NCBI GenBank assembly: GCA_964646425.1
Contig: CAZYEI010000003.1
Location: forward strand, 8,974 to 72,802
DNA: 63,829 nucleotides
Reading direction: 5' to 3'
DNA from: an uncultured Eubacteriales bacterium
GTDB taxonomy: Bacteria; Bacillota_I; Bacilli_A; RFN20; JAISJY01
The notes under the pieces were generated by a model. That model ran no database searches and was not told where the DNA came from. It saw nothing but the letters and a program-made list of their open reading frames with translations. The position numbers were made by a program, and so were the translations under genes. This document shows positions 10,322 to 21,033 of this stretch, piece by piece. How positions within the stretch are numbered: the first letter of the stretch is position 1; each line of letters begins with the position of its first letter.

Positions 10322-11615
10322 AGTATTTACCAACCTTATCAATAACATTTAATAAATTATTATTACATTCATTTAAAATATTTTGTTCTTTATGGCATAA
10401 GTAAATTCTAATTAAATCTTCAGTTCCACTTGCTCTTAATAGTAAGAAACCATCATTACCTAGTTTTTGATTTATTGATTTTATCGCTTCATTTATTAGT
10501 TTATCATTTAATATTGTTTTTCTGTATTTGGAAATGTTTTGTTTTATGAAGGGATATAATTCTATATTAACTAATAATTCTTCTAAAGGAATATTAATCA
10601 TAGATAAAGCGTTTAACAATAATATTGAAGTTAGTAAGCCATCTCCATATCTAGAATAAGGAGTAATGATGTGTCCTGAATCTTCGCCACCGAGTATTAT
10701 TTTTTCTGTGTCCATTTTATTTCTTACATTGTTATCTCCAATATCACTTAAAATTACTTTAATATTTATTTTGTTAAATGCACGAATAATTCCTAAATTA
10801 GAATCTTTAGTTAATACTACTGTTCTATTGGGGTAACCTAAGATATCAAAAAAGTAAATTGCTAATAGGTATATAATGATATTTCCACTGATAATATGAC
10901 CTGATTTGGTAGTAGTAATTACTCTATCACCATCTCCGTCAAAACTAAATCCAATATCTAATTGATGTTTTTTAACATTATCAATCATGGCTTCTATATA
11001 GGTGCTACCAACCTTATCATTAATATTATATCCATTAGATATATTATTAAAAATATATAAATAATTTGAAGTATTTTTATAAACATCTCGTGCTAAAAAA
11101 CTAATAGCACCATTAGCACAATCTAATCCGATTTTTAAATTTAATTTGCTATTATGCTTGTTTATATAATTTAAGTACTTATATTTTAAATTACTAGCGT
11201 GATATAAACCTATATTATTAGAATAAGAAAGTTTATCATTAAAAATATTTTCTTCGATAAATTTTTCTTGTTTTTGAGATAGTTTATTTCCGTTAATAAA
11301 TATTTTAATTCCATTATAATAAAAAGGATTATGAGAAGCAGTTATCATTATTCCGATAGTGTTGAATTTTTTACTTAAATAGGCAATACAAGGAGTAGAA
11401 GTTACTCCTTCATCATAAACGTTAATTCCCATTGATAATAAACTACCAATAATGCTAAATGCCAACATCGGGCTTGATATTCTTGTATCTTGTCCGATTA
11501 TTATTTTATTTTTGTTAAATAGTGATAATGTTTTACCTAAATTAGATAATAAGTCAATTGTTAATTCTTTATTTACTATTCCTCTTATTCCATCTGTACC
11601 GAAATATTTATTCAT
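10311..11615 (-). CDS. glmM: Phosphoglucosamine mutase
   Basis: KYFGTDGIRG, ITASHNP, FDGDGDR, GGEDSGH, RASGTE. Confidence 0.93.
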   Translation of the reverse strand: MNKYFGTDGIRGIVNKELTIDLLSNLGKTLSLFNKNKIIIGQDTRISSPMLAFSIIGSLLSMGINVYDEGVTSTPCIAYLSKKFNTIGIMITASHNPFYYNGIKIFINGNKLSQKQEKFIEENIFNDKLSYSNNIGLYHASNLKYKYLNYINKHNSKLNLKIGLDCANGAISFLARDVYKNTSNYLYIFNNISNGYNINDKVGSTYIEAMIDNVKKHQLDIGFSFDGDGDRVITTTKSGHIISGNIIIYLLAIYFFDILGYPNRTVVLTKDSNLGIIRAFNKINIKVILSDIGDNNVRNKMDTEKIILGGEDSGHIITPYSRYGDGLLTSILLLNALSMINIPLEELLVNIELYPFIKQNISKYRKTILNDKLINEAIKSINQKLGNDGFLLLRASGTEDLIRIYLCHKEQNILNECNNNLLNVIDKVGKYYER

Positions 11616-11734
11616 ATTTACTTTAACACCTCAAGTAAATATATGCTATAGAAACAAAAAATAGATATTTATATTTTAGTAGTAGTTTAAAAAAGTAAAA
11701 CATATATTGTATAAAAAAGGAGTTGAATTAAGAT

Positions 11735-13522
11735 ATGTGTGGAATAATAGGATATGTTGGTAATCCTAAAAAAATAAAAGATACAATCATACAAGGATTA
11801 AAGATATTAGAATATCGAGGATATGATTCGGCTGGTGTTTGTTTTTTATTCGATAATAGCTTTAATATATATAAAAGTGTTGGCAAAATTAAAAATTTAG
11901 AAAATATAAACGATTTTGAGCAATTATCACCTCTTGCAATAGGTCATACAAGATGGGCAACTCATGGAGAAGTTAATGAATTAAATACGCACCCACACTT
12001 TTCAAATAATAAACGAATTTCACTGGTTCATAATGGAGTGATAAATAATTATTTAGATATCAAAAAAGATTTAGCAAAAAAGAACTATCGGTTTTATAGT
12101 GACACAGATAGTGAGATAATTGCTAATTTATTAGAAGATCTTTTAAAAGATAATGAAATGTTAGAATCTTTAAATATCTTAAAGACAAGATTGGATGGAA
12201 GTTATGCCTTAGTTATTATTGATAATAGCGCTAAGGATAAATTATATTTTATTAAACATTTAACGCCATTACTTATATGTAAATGTCAAGATGCTAATCT
12301 TTTGGTCAGTGACATAAATGCAGGATCTTATTTTTCAAATAAATTTATTTCCCTTGAAGATAATCAATATGGCTGTATTAGTAAAGATAAAGTGTCAATA
12401 TATCAAGATGGTAAAAAGATAATTCCGAAAGAATTTGAAAGTCAAATATCAAAAAATGATATATCGCTGGGAGGATTTCCACACTATATGATTAAAGAGA
12501 TATATGAGCAGCCATATATACTTCAAAGAATTTGTGAAAGATATATAAACGATAATAACGAATTAATTAATATTGATTGTAATATTTTAACGAAAATAGA
12601 AGAGGCTTCAAAAATTTATATAGTAGCATGTGGAACTTCATATCATGCAGGATTGATTGGGAAACAAGTATTTGAGAAAATACTTAAAAAAAGTGTAGAT
12701 GTATTAATTGCAAGTGAGTTTGACATTAATAATATGTTCATTAACGAAAATTCATTTTTCATTTTTATTTCCCAATCAGGAGAAACATATGATATAAAAA
12801 TGGCATTAAAACAAATAAAGGGAAGATATGGCAACCTGTTATTAACAAATGTAATTTCTAGTAGTTTAGGAAGAGAATGTGATAGTGCTATAGATATATT
12901 AGCAGGACCAGAAATTGCGGTTGCGTCAACTAAAGCATATAGTGCTCAAGTGGCAATTCTCTTACTTATTGCATATGGATTAACAAACAAAATTTTAGAA
13001 TACAAAAAAGAAATAATAGAAGTATGTTCGAGCATTCAAGAAACTTTAATTAGAACTCATCATATTTTGAATCTTGTAAAGGAAAATTTAGTAGATAAAG
13101 AACATTGTTTTTATCTTGGAAAATCAGTAGATTATTATATTGCTCAAGAAGCTAGTTTGAAACTTAAAGAAATATCGTATATTCATAGTGAGGCTTTTGC
13201 TGCTGGTGAATTAAAACATGGAACAATAGCATTAATTGAAAAAGATACTCCAGTTATTGGAATAATATCTCAAGAAAATGCTGCTAATAATTTGCGAAAC
13301 AATCTTGAAGAAGTTAACAGTAGAAAAGCAAGAGTAATCGTAATCACAACTTCATCACTTGCAAGAGATAATGATGATTTTGTGATAAAAGATGTTTCGC
13401 CTAATATGATTTCTTTGGCAATGATTCCGGTATTTCAATTAATAGCATATTATGCAGCATTACTTAGATATAAAGATATTGATAAGCCAAGAAATCTAGC
13501 TAAGTCAGTTACGGTGGAGTAA
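11735..13522 (+). CDS. glmS: Glutamine-fructose-6-phosphate aminotransferase
   Basis: MCGIIG, EYRGYDSAG, GHTRWATHG, SQSGET, VASTKAY, GELKHG, PRNLAKSVTVE. Confidence 0.97.
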   Translation: MCGIIGYVGNPKKIKDTIIQGLKILEYRGYDSAGVCFLFDNSFNIYKSVGKIKNLENINDFEQLSPLAIGHTRWATHGEVNELNTHPHFSNNKRISLVHNGVINNYLDIKKDLAKKNYRFYSDTDSEIIANLLEDLLKDNEMLESLNILKTRLDGSYALVIIDNSAKDKLYFIKHLTPLLICKCQDANLLVSDINAGSYFSNKFISLEDNQYGCISKDKVSIYQDGKKIIPKEFESQISKNDISLGGFPHYMIKEIYEQPYILQRICERYINDNNELINIDCNILTKIEEASKIYIVACGTSYHAGLIGKQVFEKILKKSVDVLIASEFDINNMFINENSFFIFISQSGETYDIKMALKQIKGRYGNLLLTNVISSSLGRECDSAIDILAGPEIAVASTKAYSAQVAILLLIAYGLTNKILEYKKEIIEVCSSIQETLIRTHHILNLVKENLVDKEHCFYLGKSVDYYIAQEASLKLKEISYIHSEAFAAGELKHGTIALIEKDTPVIGIISQENAANNLRNNLEEVNSRKARVIVITTSSLARDNDDFVIKDVSPNMISLAMIPVFQLIAYYAALLRYKDIDKPRNLAKSVTVE

Positions 13523-13550
13523 TCAAAGATATATAAGAATAGTGAAATTT

Positions 13551-13580
13551 AAAAGAGAACACTGCAGTGTTCTCTTTTTA
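13551..13580 (+). terminator. Intrinsic terminator after glmS
   Basis: 28-bp perfect palindrome AAAAGAGAACACTGCAGTGTTCTCTTTT. Confidence 0.8.
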
Positions 13581-13784
13581 TGTTAGCGATGTTATTTATA
13601 TATGTTCAAAAACACTATTTTATATTCTTAGCAAGTTGATGATATGAGATAATATAGTATGAAATACTATAAAATATTTGGAAAATTAGTTTTTATTAAT
13701 ATATTAACTTTAATTTGAATCTTTATTATGATAAAATATTGAATTATAGGAAGGCAAATTCTTGGCAAGATATGGTGTAAGTTT

Positions 13785-14534
13785 ATGATTGAAACAAAAG
13801 TTAAAGATTTGGATGTTGAATTCAATCAAAATATTGGCGGTGTAGCTGTTTCTGAAAAAATAATAGTAACTCCAGAAACTGAACGAGATTTAATAATTGT
13901 TGTAAAAGGTGGAAAAATATATGCTTTTTTCAAACGAATATTCGATGTTTTTTGTTCATTGCTAGCGATTATTGTTTTGTCACCGCTTCTTTTGTTGCTT
14001 TCATTATTAGTTAAAATTACAACTAAAGGCCCGGTGTTTTTTTTAGATAGAAGGGTAGGAAAAAATGGAAAAGAGATTAAAGTATACAAATATAGATCTA
14101 TGTATGTTGATGCTGAATCTCGTTTAAAAGAATATTTAACTGAAGAACAATATCAAACTTGGCTTACCGAGAGAAAAATAGATAATGATCCTCGAATTAC
14201 TAAATTAGGCAAAATTATTAGAAAAACATCATTGGATGAATTGCCTCAACTATTTAATATTTTAAAAGGCGATATGTCTATAGTTGGACCTAGACCAATT
14301 ACCAAACTTGAAATAGATTTAAATTTTAGTGAAGAAGAAAGAAAGATTTTATTATCTGCACATCCTGGCCTTACTGGATATTGGCAAGTTTATGGTAGAA
14401 GTGATGTTGATTATGCTTCGGGAAAAAGACAAAAATTAGAACTAGAATATTATAAACATAGAAGTATTTTGTTTGATATTAAATTAATTTTATTAACAAT
14501 CCCTGCAGTATTAAAAAGTAAGGGGGCTAAATAA
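13785..14534 (+). CDS. Initiating (priming) sugar-1-phosphate transferase, CpsE/WcaJ family
   Basis: FKRIFD, KYRSM, DPRITKLGKIIRKTSLDELPQLFNILKGDMSIVGPRP, PGLTGYWQV. Confidence 0.92.
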   Translation: MIETKVKDLDVEFNQNIGGVAVSEKIIVTPETERDLIIVVKGGKIYAFFKRIFDVFCSLLAIIVLSPLLLLLSLLVKITTKGPVFFLDRRVGKNGKEIKVYKYRSMYVDAESRLKEYLTEEQYQTWLTERKIDNDPRITKLGKIIRKTSLDELPQLFNILKGDMSIVGPRPITKLEIDLNFSEEERKILLSAHPGLTGYWQVYGRSDVDYASGKRQKLELEYYKHRSILFDIKLILLTIPAVLKSKGAK

Positions 14535-15493
14535 TGTCTAATATATTGTTTATCTGTCCTGATTTTTTTGCGTATCAAAAAGATATATCAAATGAATTAA
14601 ACAGGTTTGGCTATAATGTGACTTATTATGATGATCGACCATCCAAAAGTTTAATAGATAAAATAATAATTCGTTTAAATAAAAAAGTACTCAAAAAAAA
14701 GATTGATAGATATGTAAATAAAATAATTGAAGATAATAAATATACAAAATTTGATATTGTGCTTGTGATATTTGGCCAATCATTTGAAAAAGAACATATC
14801 CAAAAATTAAAAGTTGCTAATCCAAGTGCAAAATTTATTTATTATACATGGGATTCAGTTTGTAATTTCCCGTTTATTAAAGAATTATATTTGGAATTTG
14901 ATAAAGCTTATTCCTTTGATGATGAAGATGCTCAAAAATATGATATGGAATTTTTACCATTATTTTATTCAAATAAATTAGAAAATAGTGAGATTAAATA
15001 TGATTGTTGTGCAATTCAAACAATCAAAACAGGTAAGTTAGAAAATTTTGAAAATATTAAAAAGTCATTACCTAGAAATATAAAAATCTATAATTATCTT
15101 TATTTGCAATCAAAACTTGTTTATTTATATTTTAAGTTTAAATCAAAAGCATTTAAAAAATATAAAATGAAGGATTTTCATTATAAAAAGTTAACTAGAG
15201 AAGAAGTAAATAAAATAACTTGCGAATCAAAAGTCATTATTGACTGTCAAATGAAAAATCAAGTTGGTTTGACAATGCGCACATTTGAAGCTCTACATTT
15301 GAATAAAAAATTAATTACAAGCAATGCTAATATTAAAAAATATGATTTTTATACCCCAAATAATATTTATGTTATTGAAGACTATGAAAATATTGAAATT
15401 CCTAGTGATTTCTTTGAATCTAAATTTGATAATGATTATTCATTATCATCTAATTATTCAATTGAAAGTTTTATTAAAAAATTAATTATGTAA
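14534..15493 (+). CDS. Putative glycosyltransferase (polysaccharide biosynthesis protein)
   Basis: [30 protein letters not shown] motif seen in capsule and O-antigen loci. Confidence 0.55.
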   Translation: MSNILFICPDFFAYQKDISNELNRFGYNVTYYDDRPSKSLIDKIIIRLNKKVLKKKIDRYVNKIIEDNKYTKFDIVLVIFGQSFEKEHIQKLKVANPSAKFIYYTWDSVCNFPFIKELYLEFDKAYSFDDEDAQKYDMEFLPLFYSNKLENSEIKYDCCAIQTIKTGKLENFENIKKSLPRNIKIYNYLYLQSKLVYLYFKFKSKAFKKYKMKDFHYKKLTREEVNKITCESKVIIDCQMKNQVGLTMRTFEALHLNKKLITSNANIKKYDFYTPNNIYVIEDYENIEIPSDFFESKFDNDYSLSSNYSIESFIKKLIM

Positions 15494-15504
15494 TTTTTGG
15501 AGGA

Positions 15505-16395
15505 ATGATTATGAAAGGAATTATTTTAGCCGGTGGTTCTGGGACTAGACTATATCCGGTTACTCAAGCAATTAGTAAACAACTTTTACCGGTTTATGAT
15601 AAACCGATGATTTATTATCCATTAAGTATGTTAATGCTTGCTGAAATTAGAGATATTTTAATAATCTCCACTCCTGAAGATACGCCAAGATTTGAAGCAT
15701 TATTAGGTGATGGTTCTAAATTTGGAATTAATTTACAATATAAAGTACAACCATCTCCTGATGGGTTGGCACAAGCATTTGTTTTAGGCGAAGATTTTAT
15801 TGGTGATGATTCTTGTGCAATGGTGCTTGGCGATAATATTTTCTATGGAAATGGAATGAGAAAAAGATTATTGCAAGCAAGAGAAAATGCTGAAAATGGT
15901 AGAGCAACAATATTTGGTTATTTTGTTAAAGATCCCGAGAGATTTGGCGTTGTTGAATTTGATGGCAATGGTAAAGTTATTTCACTTGAAGAAAAGCCGA
16001 ACAATCCTAAAACTAATTATGCAATAACTGGTTTATATTTTTATCCAAAAGGTGTTTCACAAAAAGCCTGTGAAGTTCGTCCATCATCAAGAGGTGAACT
16101 TGAAATTACTACATTAAACCAAATGTATTTAGAAGATAGCATCTTAGATGTTATTTTATTAGGAAGAGGTTTTACGTGGCTTGATACTGGCACAACCGAT
16201 TCATTAATTGAGGCAGCTAGTTTTGTACAATTAATGCAAACACATCAAGGAATTGTTATGTCATGCCTTGAAGAAATTGCCTATAAAAGAGGTTGGATTA
16301 GCAAAAAGCAAGTATTAGAAGCGGCTGAATTGATGAAGAAAAATGCTTATGGTAAGCATTTGCTTAATGTTATTAATAACAAAATTGTATATTAA
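15505..16395 (+). CDS. rmlA: Glucose-1-phosphate thymidylyltransferase
   Basis: [44 protein letters not shown]. Confidence 0.97.
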   Translation: MIMKGIILAGGSGTRLYPVTQAISKQLLPVYDKPMIYYPLSMLMLAEIRDILIISTPEDTPRFEALLGDGSKFGINLQYKVQPSPDGLAQAFVLGEDFIGDDSCAMVLGDNIFYGNGMRKRLLQARENAENGRATIFGYFVKDPERFGVVEFDGNGKVISLEEKPNNPKTNYAITGLYFYPKGVSQKACEVRPSSRGELEITTLNQMYLEDSILDVILLGRGFTWLDTGTTDSLIEAASFVQLMQTHQGIVMSCLEEIAYKRGWISKKQVLEAAELMKKNAYGKHLLNVINNKIVY

Positions 16396-16410
16396 GGAGA
16401 AGATAGAAGA

Positions 16411-17487
16411 ATGTCAAAAAATGTAATGTTAATTTCACATTTTCCACCTCCATATGGCGGTATAGCTACTTGGACCAAAAGAGTAATGGAACATGGAATA
16501 CCAAGTTGGAACATCCATTTTGTTAATTCTAGTACAATTCAAGGAAGAGACCCTTTTAAATCTCCTAAAAGGTCATTAATAGTCGAATTAAAACGAGCTC
16601 GTGGTATTTATAATAATGAAAAAAGAATTTTGAAAAGCGAAAAAATTGATGTAATTCATGATAATATACCATGCACTTTATTTGGAAACTTAAGAGAACT
16701 ACATACTGCGCGAATTGCTCAAAGATATAAAATACCATTTATTTTACATTGTCGTTGTACAGTTCCAAATGTTGTAAACTCATGGTTTAAAAAATTTTGG
16801 TATAAAAGATTGTTGAAAAAATGTTCTGGAGTAATTGTTTTAAATCAAAAATCGTATGAATTTGTAAAATCCTTTAATACTAAAGCGTATGTTGAGATTA
16901 TTCCCAATTTTGTTTTAGATAAGGAAATTTCTAATAATTTAGTAATTAAGGATGAATTGACTAAAATTTCCTATGTTGGCGGAGTTGTAATAGAAAAAGG
17001 ATGTAAATTAATATTTGATGTTGCCCCATATTTTCCTGAAATTAAATTTGAATTAGTTGGAAATATCAATGATGAAATTTTAAAGTTAAAAAAACCTCAC
17101 AATGTTGAATTACTTGGAAGTATTGATCCTTCACAAACAAAATCATACTTAGAAACATGTGATGCATTTTTGTTTTTAACAAGATATTTTGGTGAAGGAT
17201 TTTCAAATTCTTTAGCAGAGGCAATGGCACATGGATTGCCTTGTGTTGCAACTGATTGGGCAGCTAATAAAGATATGTTAGAAAACAAAGGTGGTATAAT
17301 TATTGATGTTGATAATAAAGACCAATTAATTGCTGCTATTAATCAAATTAAATCTAAAAAAGTTAGAGAAGAAATGAGTCAATGGAATATTGATAAAGTA
17401 AAAAATAACTATTGTGCGGATATTGTAATTAATAAATATGCTAAATTTTATGATTATGTGAAAGACCATAATATATGGAGAAAATAA
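16411..17487 (+). CDS. GT4 family glycosyltransferase
   Basis: PPPYGGIA, EGFSNSLAEAMAHGLPCVAT. Confidence 0.85.
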   Translation: MSKNVMLISHFPPPYGGIATWTKRVMEHGIPSWNIHFVNSSTIQGRDPFKSPKRSLIVELKRARGIYNNEKRILKSEKIDVIHDNIPCTLFGNLRELHTARIAQRYKIPFILHCRCTVPNVVNSWFKKFWYKRLLKKCSGVIVLNQKSYEFVKSFNTKAYVEIIPNFVLDKEISNNLVIKDELTKISYVGGVVIEKGCKLIFDVAPYFPEIKFELVGNINDEILKLKKPHNVELLGSIDPSQTKSYLETCDAFLFLTRYFGEGFSNSLAEAMAHGLPCVATDWAANKDMLENKGGIIIDVDNKDQLIAAINQIKSKKVREEMSQWNIDKVKNNYCADIVINKYAKFYDYVKDHNIWRK

Positions 17488-17488
17488 T

Positions 17489-18040
17489 ATGAAATTAATA
17501 GAAACAAAGTTAAAAGATGTATATATTATAGAACCTCAGGTATTTGGTGATAGTCGAGGTTGGTTTATGGAAACATATAATAAATTAAAATTGACAAATA
17601 CTGAAGTTTCTTTTGTACAAGATAATCATTCTTATAGTCAAAAGAAAGGTATAATTAGAGGTCTTCATTGCCAAGTTAATCCAATGTGTCAAACGAAATT
17701 AGTTAGATGTACTAGAGGACGTATCATGGATGTAATTGTGGATATTCGTAAAGGTTCTCCGACATATAAGAAATGGATAAAAGTTGAATTGTCTGAAGAT
17801 AATAAAAAACAATTGTTTATTCCTAAAGGTTTTTTACATGGATTTGTTAGTTTAACAGATGATGTAGAAATTCAATATAAGGTAGATGAATACTATTCAA
17901 AAGAATGTGATCGTTCTATTAAATTTAACGATGAAGAATTTGGGATAGATTGGGGAATAGAAAATCCGATTTTATCTGATAAAGATAAAAATGCCCCTAA
18001 ATTTAAAGATAGTGATTGTATTTTTGAATATACAAAGTAG
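17489..18040 (+). CDS. rmlC: dTDP-4-dehydrorhamnose 3,5-epimerase
   Basis: FGDSRGWFME, QDNHSYS, RGLH, PKGFLHGF, YKVD. Confidence 0.95.
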   Translation: MKLIETKLKDVYIIEPQVFGDSRGWFMETYNKLKLTNTEVSFVQDNHSYSQKKGIIRGLHCQVNPMCQTKLVRCTRGRIMDVIVDIRKGSPTYKKWIKVELSEDNKKQLFIPKGFLHGFVSLTDDVEIQYKVDEYYSKECDRSIKFNDEEFGIDWGIENPILSDKDKNAPKFKDSDCIFEYTK

Positions 18041-18048
18041 GTGATTAT

Positions 18049-18876
18049 ATGAAAATATTGGTTACAGGTGCCAATGGATATATTGGTTCAAAAGTTGTTA
18101 AAGAATTATGTGAAATCGGTGTTGAAGTTATTGCTACAGATTTAGATAGTTGTAATATAGATAAAAGAGCTAAATATATTCAAACAAATATATTTTCAAA
18201 TAATGAAAATTGGTTTGCTTATTTTGAATATCCAGATGTATGTTTACATTTAGCGTGGCGTGATGGCTTTATTCACAATTCTCCAAAGCATATGGGGGAT
18301 TTATCTAGCCATTATAAATTTATGTGTAATTTAATTGACAATGGATTATCTCAAATTGCATGTATGGGAACAATGCATGAGGTGGGTTATTATGAAGGTT
18401 CAATAGATGAGAATACTCCATGTAATCCATCATCAATGTATGGAATATCAAAAAATGCATTAAGAAAGTCAATAGAGGTATATTCACAAAGTAAAAATTG
18501 TAAGTTTCAATGGTTGAGAGCTTACTATATTTATGGTGATGATTTATATGGTAACTCAATATTTTGTAAGATACGACAAGCAGTTAAAGATGGAAAAGAA
18601 CTATTCCCATTTACTACTGGAAAAAATAAGTATGACTTTATTCATGTTGAGGAACTAGCAAGACAAATTGCTAAATGTGTTATGCAAGATAAAGTTTTAG
18701 GCGTTATTAATGTATGCTCTGGTAAACCAATTTCACTTGCTAATCAAGTAGAATGGTATATTAGTTATAACAAATTACCAATTAAATTAGATTATGGAAA
18801 ATATCCAGATCGTCCTTATGATTCTCCTATTATTTATGGAGATAATAAAAAAATCAAAGAAATTCAAGGAGATTAA
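18049..18876 (+). CDS. NAD(P)-dependent reductase, Tll-like (dTDP-6-deoxy-L-talose forming)
   Basis: TGANGYIG, HLAW.DGF.H, GTMHEVGY, TPCNP..YG..KN.LR, WLR.YYI.GDD, NSIF.KI, YDF, NVCSGKP, P.RPYDS; recalled as Tll-like, unlike RmlD. Confidence 0.7.
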   Translation: MKILVTGANGYIGSKVVKELCEIGVEVIATDLDSCNIDKRAKYIQTNIFSNNENWFAYFEYPDVCLHLAWRDGFIHNSPKHMGDLSSHYKFMCNLIDNGLSQIACMGTMHEVGYYEGSIDENTPCNPSSMYGISKNALRKSIEVYSQSKNCKFQWLRAYYIYGDDLYGNSIFCKIRQAVKDGKELFPFTTGKNKYDFIHVEELARQIAKCVMQDKVLGVINVCSGKPISLANQVEWYISYNKLPIKLDYGKYPDRPYDSPIIYGDNKKIKEIQGD

Positions 18877-18880
18877 GACA

Positions 18881-19900
18881 ATGGAAAAGTTTTTAATAAC
18901 AGGTGGAGCAGGCTTTATTGGTGGTAATTTTTTGATCATGATGGTTAATAAATATCCCGAAGATCAATATGTGTGCATTGATGCTCTTACATATGCAGGA
19001 AATATGGAAACATTGGAATCAATACTTAATAAACCAAATTTTAAATTTGTTCATGAAAATATATGTAATCGGGATGCTATCTATAATTTGTTTGAAGAAG
19101 AAAAATTTGACTATGTAATTAATTTTGCAGCAGAATCACATGTAGATAGAAGTATTGAAAATCCTGAAGTATTTTTAAAGACTAATATTTTAGGAACGCA
19201 AGTATTAATGGATGCTTGTAGAAAATATGGAATTAAGAGATATCATCAAGTATCAACTGATGAGGTGTATGGAGATTTACCACTTGATAGACCAGATTTA
19301 TTTTTTCATGAGGAGACACCAATTCATACATCAAGTCCATATAGTGCTTCAAAAGCAAGTGCGGATTTATTAGTGCTTGCATATCACAGAACATTTGGCT
19401 TACCTGTAACTATTTCTAGATGTTCAAATAATTATGGACCATATCATTTTCCGGAAAAATTAATTCCTTTAATGATTCAAAAAGCATTGAGAAATGAGAG
19501 TTTACCAGTTTATGGTAATGGCGAAAATGTAAGAGACTGGTTGTATGTAGAAGATCATTGTACAGCTATTGATTTAATAGTTAGAAAAGGTAGAAATGGT
19601 GAAGTCTATAACATTGGAGGACACAATGAAAGAACAAATTTAGAAGTTGTTAAAACAATATTGAAAGCATTAGGAAAACCAGAAACATTAATTAAGTTTG
19701 TTAAAGATAGACAAGGTCATGATTTAAGATATGCAATGGATCCAACAAAAATTGAGACTGAGTTAGGTTGGAAACCAAAACATAATTTTGATACTGGAAT
19801 TGGAGAAACAATTAAATGGAATTTAGATAACAAAAAGTGGTTAAAAAATGTTGAATCTGGTGAATATTTGAAATGGATAGATGAACACTATGGAAAATAA
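18881..19900 (+). CDS. rmlB: dTDP-glucose 4,6-dehydratase
   Basis: ITGGAGFIG, FAAESHVDRSI, VSTDEVYG, YSASKA, SNNYGPY, RDWLYVEDH. Confidence 0.97.
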   Translation: MEKFLITGGAGFIGGNFLIMMVNKYPEDQYVCIDALTYAGNMETLESILNKPNFKFVHENICNRDAIYNLFEEEKFDYVINFAAESHVDRSIENPEVFLKTNILGTQVLMDACRKYGIKRYHQVSTDEVYGDLPLDRPDLFFHEETPIHTSSPYSASKASADLLVLAYHRTFGLPVTISRCSNNYGPYHFPEKLIPLMIQKALRNESLPVYGNGENVRDWLYVEDHCTAIDLIVRKGRNGEVYNIGGHNERTNLEVVKTILKALGKPETLIKFVKDRQGHDLRYAMDPTKIETELGWKPKHNFDTGIGETIKWNLDNKKWLKNVESGEYLKWIDEHYGK

Positions 19901-20969
19901 AAAGAAAATACTTTTCGTTATTCCATCATTATCAAATGGAGGAGCAGAAAGAGTTGTTTCTAAAATTTCTACTGAATTAACTAAATATGATTATGATGTA
20001 AATATATTAAAATTCTATAATACTGATAAAGATTATTCTGTTGGAGAAAAAGTTTCTATTTATAATTTATCTAATGGAAATTTAGAAGATTATAAGAAAA
20101 TTGGAACTTTGAAAAGATTAAAATTAATAAGAAGAAAAATTAAAGAAATTAATCCTGATGATATATTTCCTTTTCTTGATCATGTATATATATATGTTTA
20201 TACTGCACTATTTTTTACTAGATTTAAAAAAATGATATATTATTCAATGAGAAATAATCCTAAATTTCAAGAAAAAAAGCAAATAATCTTGATAAATTTC
20301 TTTAACTCATTTGCTAAAAAAATTATTGTACAAAATCAAGGACAAAAAGAATATTTTTCAAAAAGAAAACAAAGAAAAATAATTGTTATTCCTAATCCGA
20401 TTGATGAAAAATATCTTAATTTTGGAAAAAAGTTTAATGTTTTTCCCAAACAACTTTTTTCAGTAGGCAGATTAGAAAAACAAAAAAATTATGAATTGGC
20501 ACTTAATTCTTTTGCACATATTATAAAAGATTATCCTGATTTAAAATATATTATTTTTGGAAAAGGGAGTTTGAAAGAACAGTTGATTGATATGTGTGAA
20601 AAATTAAATATTAAAGATAAAGTAGAATTTAAAGGTTTTACTTCTAACTTTGAAGATATATATAAACAAGGTGATATCTTTGTTATGAGTTCTATTTATG
20701 AAGGTATGCCTAATGCTTTAGCAGAAGCAATTGCAGTAGGAGTTCCTGTTATTTCAACAAATTGTGAGTTTGGGCCTAATGATCTGATACTGGATTCTAA
20801 AGTTGGAATATTAGTAAATGATTTTACAATTGAGTCATTTACTAAAGGATTAAAAAGTATTATAGATAACTATGGTTATTATGTTTCAAAGAGTGATTAT
20901 CGAAAAAAAGTTATTTATGATAATTATTCATTAGAAAAAATTGTAAGACTATGGATTGATATTTTATAA
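19881..20969 (+). CDS. GT4 glycosyltransferase (PglJ-like HexNAc transferase)
   Basis: LSNGGAERV, VGRLEKQKN, EGMPNALAEA, STNCEFGP. Confidence 0.85.
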   Translation: MNTMENKKKILFVIPSLSNGGAERVVSKISTELTKYDYDVNILKFYNTDKDYSVGEKVSIYNLSNGNLEDYKKIGTLKRLKLIRRKIKEINPDDIFPFLDHVYIYVYTALFFTRFKKMIYYSMRNNPKFQEKKQIILINFFNSFAKKIIVQNQGQKEYFSKRKQRKIIVIPNPIDEKYLNFGKKFNVFPKQLFSVGRLEKQKNYELALNSFAHIIKDYPDLKYIIFGKGSLKEQLIDMCEKLNIKDKVEFKGFTSNFEDIYKQGDIFVMSSIYEGMPNALAEAIAVGVPVISTNCEFGPNDLILDSKVGILVNDFTIESFTKGLKSIIDNYGYYVSKSDYRKKVIYDNYSLEKIVRLWIDIL

Positions 20970-21033
20970 ATACATAAATGACTTATTTGTAATAATATTA
21001 TATAATTATAAAAAATGAAGGAGTTGATGAATA

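Noticed and set aside
11616-11734. glmS ribozyme
   Set aside because: Region too short, AT-rich and lacking the conserved core
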